A stretch of 64,000 nt of DNA, from contig JBJENH010000106.1 in NCBI GenBank assembly GCA_051880095.1, forward strand, positions 85,760 through 149,759. The letters run 5' to 3'. Under the pieces are notes generated by a model. That model did no database searches and was not told the DNA's origin. It worked only from the letters and a program-made list of their open reading frames with translations. Positions 57,494 through 64,000 of the stretch are shown here, piece after piece. The first letter of the stretch is position 1. The number at the start of each line of letters is the position of its first letter. A program made the translations under genes and the position numbers. The DNA is from Bariatricus sp. Its GTDB lineage: Bacteria; Bacillota; Clostridia; Lachnospirales; Lachnospiraceae.

Positions 57494-58570
57494 ATGTTAA
57501 GAATAGGAATGTTGACCAGCGGCGGAGACTGCCAGGCACTGAATGCGGCGATGAGAGGTGTGGTAAAAGCAATTTTCTCAAGACGTGATGATGTGGAGAT
57601 TTATGGATTTCAGGAAGGATATAAGGGCCTGATCTACTCCAATTTTAAAATGCTGACTTCCAGAGATTTTTCGGGAATTCTGACAGTCGGCGGAACAATT
57701 CTCGGAACATCCCGTCAGCCGTTCAAGCTGATGAGAGTACCCGGACCGGACGGAATTGATAAAGTGGAAGCTATGAAGCATACGTACCACAAGCTGAATC
57801 TGAACTGTCTTGTTGTACTCGGCGGAAACGGAACCCATAAGACGGCGAATCTTCTGAGGGAAGAGGGGCTGAACGTGATCACGTTGCCGAAGACGATTGA
57901 CAATGACCTCTGGGGAACCGATATGACGTTTGGATTCCAGAGTGCAGTTGATATCGCAACGGACACGATTGACAGAATTCATACAACAGCAACATCACAC
58001 AGCCGTGTATTTATCGTGGAAGTCATGGGCCATAAAGTAGGATATGTAACCCTGCATGCCGGCATTGCGGGCGGCGCAGACATTATCCTTCTTCCGGAGA
58101 TCCCGTATAAATTGGATACGATTATCAATGCAATCAATGCCCGTGCAAAGGCAGGCAAACGATTTACGATTATTGCGGTGGCAGAAGGTGCAATCTCAGA
58201 AGAAGATGCAGCACTTCCGAAGAAGAAACTGAAAGAAAAACAGGCAAAGAAGAAATATCCTTCTGTTGCATATGAACTGGCTGAAAAGATTCAGAACCGT
58301 ACCGATCAGGAAGTACGTATCACTGTACCGGGCCATACACAGAGAGGTGGAACACCATGTCCGTACGACCGGGTACTTGCAACCCGTCTGGGAGCAGCTG
58401 CTGCGGAACTGATTCTGAAAGAAGATTATGGCTATATGGTAGCAATCAAGAACGGACAGATCAAGAAAGTGCCGCTTGCTGAGGTGGCCGGAAAGCTGAA
58501 GATGGTAGATCCGAACTCTGATATTGTCAAAGAAGCAAGGATGACCGGTATCAGCTTTGGAAATGAATAG
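57494..58570 (+). CDS. pfkA: 6-phosphofructokinase
   Basis: TSGGDC.ALN, GGTILGTSR, PKTIDND, EVMG, GHTQRGG. Confidence 0.9.
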   Translation: MLRIGMLTSGGDCQALNAAMRGVVKAIFSRRDDVEIYGFQEGYKGLIYSNFKMLTSRDFSGILTVGGTILGTSRQPFKLMRVPGPDGIDKVEAMKHTYHKLNLNCLVVLGGNGTHKTANLLREEGLNVITLPKTIDNDLWGTDMTFGFQSAVDIATDTIDRIHTTATSHSRVFIVEVMGHKVGYVTLHAGIAGGADIILLPEIPYKLDTIINAINARAKAGKRFTIIAVAEGAISEEDAALPKKKLKEKQAKKKYPSVAYELAEKIQNRTDQEVRITVPGHTQRGGTPCPYDRVLATRLGAAAAELILKEDYGYMVAIKNGQIKKVPLAEVAGKLKMVDPNSDIVKEARMTGISFGNE

Positions 58571-58590
58571 AAACTGAGGAGTAAAAGAAC

Positions 58591-60156
58591 ATGTCATATA
58601 CTGCCTTATACCGCAAGTTCCGGCCGACGGAATTTGAGGATGTGAAGGGACAAGATCATATTATTACAACATTAAAGAATCAGATAAAGGCAGAGAGAAT
58701 CGGACATGCCTATTTATTCTGCGGAACAAGAGGAACCGGAAAAACGACTGTGGCAAAGATATTTGCCAAGGCAGTGAATTGTGAGCATCCGGTGGACGGA
58801 AGTCCATGTGGGGAGTGCCCGATGTGCAGAAGTATTGCGGCGGGCACTTCCATGAATGTGATTGAAATTGATGCGGCCTCCAATAATGGCGTGGATAACA
58901 TCCGGGAGATCCGGGAAGAGGTCTCCTACCGCCCGACAGAAGGCCGTTTTAAAGTCTATATTATTGATGAGGTGCATATGCTTTCTATCGGGGCGTTCAA
59001 TGCACTTCTTAAAACTCTGGAGGAACCTCCGGAGTATGTTATTTTTATTTTGGCAACAACAGAAGCCCATAAGATACCGATTACGATTCTGTCACGCTGT
59101 CAGCGTTATGATTTTAAAAGGATTACAATCGATACCATTGCTGCGCGTCTGACGGATCTGATGAAAAAAGAACAGGTGGATGTGGAAGAAAAGGCCATCC
59201 GGTATGTGGCGAAAGCGGCGGACGGTTCTATGCGTGATGCCCTTAGTCTTCTGGATCAGTGCATTGCCTTTTACTTGGGGCAGAAACTGACCTATGATCA
59301 TGTGCTGGAGGTTCTGGGAGCTGTGGATACGGAGGTGTTCAGCCGTCTCCTCAGAGAGATTATTTCCCAGAATGTGTCTGCAGTTTTGAAAACCGTGGAT
59401 GAACTGGTCATGCAGGGCAGGGAACTCTCGCAGCTTGCTGCGGATTTTACCTGGTATCTGAGGAATCTTCTTCTGGTAAAGAGTTCTGATAATATGGAAG
59501 ATGTGCTGGATGTATCAACAGAGAATCTGGTGCAGCTTAAAGAAGAGGCGCAGATGATAGAAGATGAAGTGCTTCTGCGATATATCCGTATTTTTTCGGA
59601 ACTTACGAACCAATTGAAATACGCGACCCAGAAGAGAGTTCTTCTGGAAGTGACACTGATCAAGCTGTGCAGACCGCAGATGGAAACGACCCGGGACAGT
59701 TTGCTGGACCGTATCCGTGCGCTGGAAAAGCAGGTGGAAGAAGGCATCACAGCAGCACCGGTAGGAGAACGGGTGGTGTATGTGAATGGAGAAGCGCCGG
59801 CGGAAGTGCCGAAACCGAAGCTCCCGAAGGCAATAGCGGAGGATGTAAAACAAGTAGTGTCTAATTTCCGCGGGATTGCGAATGAAGCATCCGGTATGCT
59901 GCGAACGTATTTAAAGCAGGCAAGACTGAGTGTGGGAGCGCAGGATCAGCTTCTGATCGTACTGCCGGATGAAATCAGCGCAAGCGTGGTGGGAAGCGAT
60001 TCGCATAAGCAGGAGCTTCAGGAACTGATAGAGAAGAAAATCGGCAAAACGGTTGATATAGAAGTCCGTCAGGTAGAGAGCGGGCGGCATTTTGAAGACA
60101 GTTTTGTAGATATAGAAAAAATGATTCATATGGATATTACCATTGAAGATGAATAA
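58591..60156 (+). CDS. dnaX: DNA polymerase III subunit gamma/tau
   Basis: [36 protein letters not shown]. Confidence 0.95.
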   Translation: MSYTALYRKFRPTEFEDVKGQDHIITTLKNQIKAERIGHAYLFCGTRGTGKTTVAKIFAKAVNCEHPVDGSPCGECPMCRSIAAGTSMNVIEIDAASNNGVDNIREIREEVSYRPTEGRFKVYIIDEVHMLSIGAFNALLKTLEEPPEYVIFILATTEAHKIPITILSRCQRYDFKRITIDTIAARLTDLMKKEQVDVEEKAIRYVAKAADGSMRDALSLLDQCIAFYLGQKLTYDHVLEVLGAVDTEVFSRLLREIISQNVSAVLKTVDELVMQGRELSQLAADFTWYLRNLLLVKSSDNMEDVLDVSTENLVQLKEEAQMIEDEVLLRYIRIFSELTNQLKYATQKRVLLEVTLIKLCRPQMETTRDSLLDRIRALEKQVEEGITAAPVGERVVYVNGEAPAEVPKPKLPKAIAEDVKQVVSNFRGIANEASGMLRTYLKQARLSVGAQDQLLIVLPDEISASVVGSDSHKQELQELIEKKIGKTVDIEVRQVESGRHFEDSFVDIEKMIHMDITIEDE

Positions 60157-60212
60157 GACCGGCATCTGTAATGCCGGGGAAGAGATTTCAGAATTCAAGG
60201 AGGATTAGAATT

Positions 60213-60566
60213 ATGGCAAAACGTGGAGGATTCCCGGGCGGAGGAATGCCGGGAAATATGGCGAATCTGATGAAACAGGCGCAGAAGATGCAGCGTCAGA
60301 TGGAAGAACAGGCGAAAGAGATGGAGACAAAGGAATTTACTGCAACTGCCGGAGGCGGAGCGGTAGAGGTTACGGTAAGTGGTAAAAGAGAAGTACTCAA
60401 GGTAAAGCTTCAGGAAGAAGTAGTAGATCCGGATGATATTGAGATGCTGGAAGATCTGATCGTAGCAGCAACGAATGAGGCACTGCGGCAGGTGGAAGAC
60501 GCGAATGCATCCGCTATGAGTAAACTGACAGGCGGTATGGGCGGAGGAATGCCGGGAATGTTCTAA
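60213..60566 (+). CDS. ybaB: YbaB/EbfC nucleoid-associated protein
   Basis: [23 protein letters not shown]; located between dnaX and recR. Confidence 0.92.
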   Translation: MAKRGGFPGGGMPGNMANLMKQAQKMQRQMEEQAKEMETKEFTATAGGGAVEVTVSGKREVLKVKLQEEVVDPDDIEMLEDLIVAATNEALRQVEDANASAMSKLTGGMGGGMPGMF

Positions 60567-60590
60567 CAGAACGCGCAAGGAGAGAAAATT

Positions 60591-61187
60591 ATGGATTATT
60601 ACAGCAGTCAGATAAGCAAATTGATCGAAGAACTGTCGAGACTGCCTGGTATCGGAAATAAGTCAGCCGCAAGGCTGGCTTTTCATATGATAAATATGCC
60701 GAAAGAACAGGTGGAACAGCTTGCCAATACGATGGTTGAAGCAAGAAATAATGTGCGGTATTGTAAAGAATGCTGCACACTCACGGATCAGGAACTTTGC
60801 CCGATCTGTGCGAGCGCGCAAAGAGATCATCAGACGATCATGGTGGTGGAAAATACAAGGGATATGGGGGCATATGAGAAAACCGGAAAATATAACGGTG
60901 TCTATCATGTGCTTCACGGAGCGATATCTCCGATGCTCGGAATCGGTCCGGGAGACATCAGGCTGAAGGAACTTATGGCACGCCTTCAGGGAGATGTAAA
61001 AGAAGTGATCATCGCAACCAATTCCAGTCTGGAAGGGGAAACAACGGCGATGTATATCAGTAAACTGATTAAACCAACCGGAATCAAGGTAAGCCGGATT
61101 GCCAGCGGAGTTCCGGTAGGCGGAGACCTGGAGTACATTGATGAGGTAACACTTTTGCGTGCCCTGGAAGGCCGTACGGAATTGTAG
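60591..61187 (+). CDS. recR: Recombination mediator RecR
   Basis: [37 protein letters not shown]. Confidence 0.95.
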   Translation: MDYYSSQISKLIEELSRLPGIGNKSAARLAFHMINMPKEQVEQLANTMVEARNNVRYCKECCTLTDQELCPICASAQRDHQTIMVVENTRDMGAYEKTGKYNGVYHVLHGAISPMLGIGPGDIRLKELMARLQGDVKEVIIATNSSLEGETTAMYISKLIKPTGIKVSRIASGVPVGGDLEYIDEVTLLRALEGRTEL

Positions 61188-61242
61188 AAACAGCGAGAAT
61201 GACCAGAAATGGTGTTTGGGGAGGATTCCGGAAAGGAGTTTC

Positions 61243-62379
61243 ATGGGAAAGAGAAAAGTCACGTCTTCCGATGTCGCGAAAGCGGCCGGTGTTTCGCAGG
61301 CTACAGTATCTATGGTACTGAACAGAAAATATAATGTTTCTTTTTCGAAGGAAACGATACAAAAAGTGGAGCAGGCAGCAGAGGAGATGGGATATGAGAT
61401 CCCAAAAAGAAAGAAACGCAAAGATAGCCGAAAGGAGAAGCTGATTGTTGTGTTCTGTCCTAATTTGACGAACCCATATTATGTGATGCTTCTTCAGGGG
61501 ATAGAAATGCGCGCGAAAGAACAGGGGTTTGGACTGTTCATATGCAATACACAGCGCGAACTGAAAATGGAAGAGCGCTATCTGAAAATGATGTGGGAAC
61601 TGAAGCCGTTGGGGATAATTTATACATGCAATCCGAGCAGATGTTTTATGGAACTTGTGGAGGAATTGGCGGAACACATACCGATCGTGGTTGTCAACAA
61701 TCAGAATGAACGACTGAATGTGGATGCGGTAGAACTGGACAATTCCAAACTGGGCCGCCTGATGGCACGTCATCTCCTGGAACTGGGGCATCGTAAAGTC
61801 GCATATGTCGCGCCGCCGCTCACGACCCGGCAGAAACAACGGTCAAAACGTGTGGAAGGATTTTTGAAAGAATTTGAAGCGAAAGGGCTCAAACAGAATG
61901 TGATCATCAAAGCAGCGGATGAGAAAATCGACATGAGTGTTCAAAATATCGATTCGGAGTACAAGATCGGATATGATCTGACAAAAGAGCTGCTGCGGGA
62001 ACAGAACGACATTACGGCTATCGTGGGACTGAATGATATGATTGCATTCGGTATTCTGGATGCACTGCAGTCGGAAAAATACAAAGTGCCGGGGGATATT
62101 TCGGTCATGGGATGTGATAACACATTGTTCGCGAGGATGCACAAAGTATCGCTCACAACGATTGAACATTTTGTGGTCTTTAAAGGCAGAGATGCCTGCG
62201 ACATCATTATGAAAAAGATTGCTTCACAGAACAGCAAAATTTCGGAATTTCAGCCGATCAGCACCTACCATGTCGAATATGAACCCAAGCTGATCGTGCG
62301 TGGAACAACTTCATATGCAAAAACTAAAATTAGTTCAAAACAGAAAAATATTAGTAATAAATCAAAAGATAAATCGTGA
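61243..62379 (+). CDS. LacI-family transcriptional regulator
   Basis: TSSDVAKAAGVSQATVSMVLN; GHRK; NDMIAFG; SD GAAAGGAG. Confidence 0.9.
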   Translation: MGKRKVTSSDVAKAAGVSQATVSMVLNRKYNVSFSKETIQKVEQAAEEMGYEIPKRKKRKDSRKEKLIVVFCPNLTNPYYVMLLQGIEMRAKEQGFGLFICNTQRELKMEERYLKMMWELKPLGIIYTCNPSRCFMELVEELAEHIPIVVVNNQNERLNVDAVELDNSKLGRLMARHLLELGHRKVAYVAPPLTTRQKQRSKRVEGFLKEFEAKGLKQNVIIKAADEKIDMSVQNIDSEYKIGYDLTKELLREQNDITAIVGLNDMIAFGILDALQSEKYKVPGDISVMGCDNTLFARMHKVSLTTIEHFVVFKGRDACDIIMKKIASQNSKISEFQPISTYHVEYEPKLIVRGTTSYAKTKISSKQKNISNKSKDKS

Positions 62380-62596
62380 AAATGGCGGTTAAATAGTAGG
62401 TTGATGGATGTGAAAAGATAAAAATGCAATTTATAAAACGATATTATTAATAAAATAAATTATTAATAAAAATACAAGGCTATTGACCAACTTCTCCTGA
62501 ATGAGATATAATTTAAATAAATCGGGCGGCAGTAAAAAATGAATCAGGCTGTCGGATTACGGAAAAGATTTCTTATATTTTAAGGAGGAGAAAAAG

Positions 62597-63253
62597 ATGA
62601 AATTTTTCATTGACACAGCGAATGTTGAAGACATCAGAAAAGCAAATGACATGGGTGTTATCTGCGGAGTAACAACCAATCCATCACTGATCGCAAAAGA
62701 AGGACGTGTATTTTCAGAAGTTATCGCAGAGATCGCTTCTATTGTAGACGGACCGATCAGCGGAGAAGTAAAAGCTACAACAGTAGATGCTGAAGGAATG
62801 ATCGCAGAAGGAAGAGAAATCGCTAAGATTCATCCGAATATGGTTGTAAAGATTCCTATGACCGTAGAAGGTCTGAAGGCTTGTAAAGCTTTAAGTGCAG
62901 AAGGAATTAAGACAAATGTTACACTGATCTTTACTGCAAACCAGGCACTTCTTGCAGCAAGAGCAGGAGCTACATATGTTTCTCCGTTCCTTGGACGTCT
63001 GGATGATATTTCCGTACGCGGAACAGATCTTATCAGCGAGATCGCAGAAATCTTTGCAGTAGCAGGTGATATCGATACACAGATCATTGCAGCAAGTGTA
63101 CGTAATCCGATCCATGTAACTGACTGTGCACTTGCAGGTGCAGATATCGCAACTGTACCATATAAAGTAATCGAACAGATGACACATCATCCGCTTACAG
63201 ATGCCGGAATCGCAAAATTCCAGGCTGATTACAAGGCTGTTTTCGGTGAATAG
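62597..63253 (+). CDS. Transaldolase / fructose-6-phosphate aldolase
   Basis: FFIDTAN, GVTTNPS, VKIP, NVTL.F, YVSPF.GR, AAS.R. Confidence 0.92.
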   Translation: MKFFIDTANVEDIRKANDMGVICGVTTNPSLIAKEGRVFSEVIAEIASIVDGPISGEVKATTVDAEGMIAEGREIAKIHPNMVVKIPMTVEGLKACKALSAEGIKTNVTLIFTANQALLAARAGATYVSPFLGRLDDISVRGTDLISEIAEIFAVAGDIDTQIIAASVRNPIHVTDCALAGADIATVPYKVIEQMTHHPLTDAGIAKFQADYKAVFGE

Positions 63254-63306
63254 GCATTAACAGTCAAGATAACATCATATAATCATTCCATCAGGAGGCA
63301 AATTTC

Positions 63307-64000
63307 ATGGACAAGTTAGCACTTATGAAGACTGCAAATGAAATCCGCAAAAGCATCGTGACTGCAGTGCACGCTGCAAAGTCAGGACATCCGGGCGGAT
63401 CTTTATCTGCAGCAGATATTTATACATATTTATATTTTGAAGAAATGAACGTGGATCCTGCAGATCCGAAGAAAGCAGACCGTGACCGTTTTGTATTATC
63501 AAAAGGACATACTGCTCCGGGATATTATTCTGCACTGGCTCATAAGGGATTTTTCCCGGTTGAGGATTTGACTACACTTCGTCATACCGGTTCTTACCTT
63601 CAGGGACATCCGGATATGAAGCACATTCCGGGCGTTGATATGTCAAGCGGATCTTTGGGACAGGGAATCTCTGCAGCTGTTGGTATGGCGATTTCCGCAA
63701 AACTTTCCGGAGATGACTATCGTGTGTATACACTTCTTGGTGACGGCGAGATTCAGGAAGGCCAGGTATGGGAAGCTTCCATGCTGGCAGGCTTCAAAAA
63801 ACTGGATAACCTGGTAGTGATCGTAGATAACAACAACCTTCAGATCGACGGACGTATTGATGAAGTAAACTCACCATACCCGATTGATAAGAAGTTTGAA
63901 GCATTTAACTTCCATGTAATCAATATTGACGGACATAATTTTGATGAAATTGATGCTGCATTCAAAGAGGCAAGAGCTACAAAGGGAATGCCGACAGCAA
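63307..64000 (+). CDS. Transketolase N-terminal subunit (runs off the window)
   Basis: Read manually: SGHPGGSLS, DRFVLSKGH, LQGHP, GSLGQG, GDGEIQEG; not in track. Confidence 0.92.
   Translation, partial: MDKLALMKTANEIRKSIVTAVHAAKSGHPGGSLSAADIYTYLYFEEMNVDPADPKKADRDRFVLSKGHTAPGYYSALAHKGFFPVEDLTTLRHTGSYLQGHPDMKHIPGVDMSSGSLGQGISAAVGMAISAKLSGDDYRVYTLLGDGEIQEGQVWEASMLAGFKKLDNLVVIVDNNNLQIDGRIDEVNSPYPIDKKFEAFNFHVINIDGHNFDEIDAAFKEARATKGMPTA

Noticed and set aside
60663-61839. Long minus-strand ORFs (252 and 251 aa) opposite recR and lacI
   Set aside because: Antisense shadows of well-supported genes, with no motifs or SD; the same applies to most short nested ORFs in the track
1-64000. CRISPR array, tRNA/rRNA, reverse transcriptase/DGR, IS transposase or invertase
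   Set aside because: No regularly spaced repeats, RT motifs, VR/TR-type adenine-mutated pairs, or DDE/serine recombinase motifs were seen by eye; a computational scan was not run

Overview
Low-GC Firmicutes chromosome (gene content resembles Lachnospiraceae; inferred, not searched). 1-8414 is host DNA: an oppD/oppF-malY/patB-HgdD-family operon, an iron-containing alcohol dehydrogenase, an unannotated type I toxin-antitoxin-like locus, and an OLD-family ATPase/TOPRIM gene flanked by two copies of a structured ~160-bp element. 8415-49299 is an apparently near-complete ~40.9-kb temperate siphovirus-type prophage bounded by a 15-bp att core (TTAAATGAAAATTAA) and 27-bp arm repeats, inserted in the upstream region of an OmpR-family two-component operon. 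It has integrase, ImmA/repressor/Cro, an unusual replication module (HUH Rep, RNase H, PcfK-like, frameshifted PcfJ-like), HNH-terminase-portal-Clp protease-capsid, tail, holin and amidase. Accessory genes include a Tad2-like ORF, a LemA pair, a DUF2335 pair, an acyltransferase-3 next to an SGNH hydrolase, SLATT-like and AbiGi/ART-like morons, and an XRE-IrrE cassette with two micropeptides. Several predicted small antisense RNAs are present, and the same perfect 16-bp palindrome precedes the RBS of both the integrase and the endolysin. 49300-64000 is housekeeping DNA: TCS, methyltransferase, map, pfk, dnaX-ybaB-recR, LacI regulator, transaldolase and partial transketolase. All family calls come from motif recognition by eye; no database searches were run. 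No CRISPR array, tRNA, rRNA or reverse transcriptase was seen.
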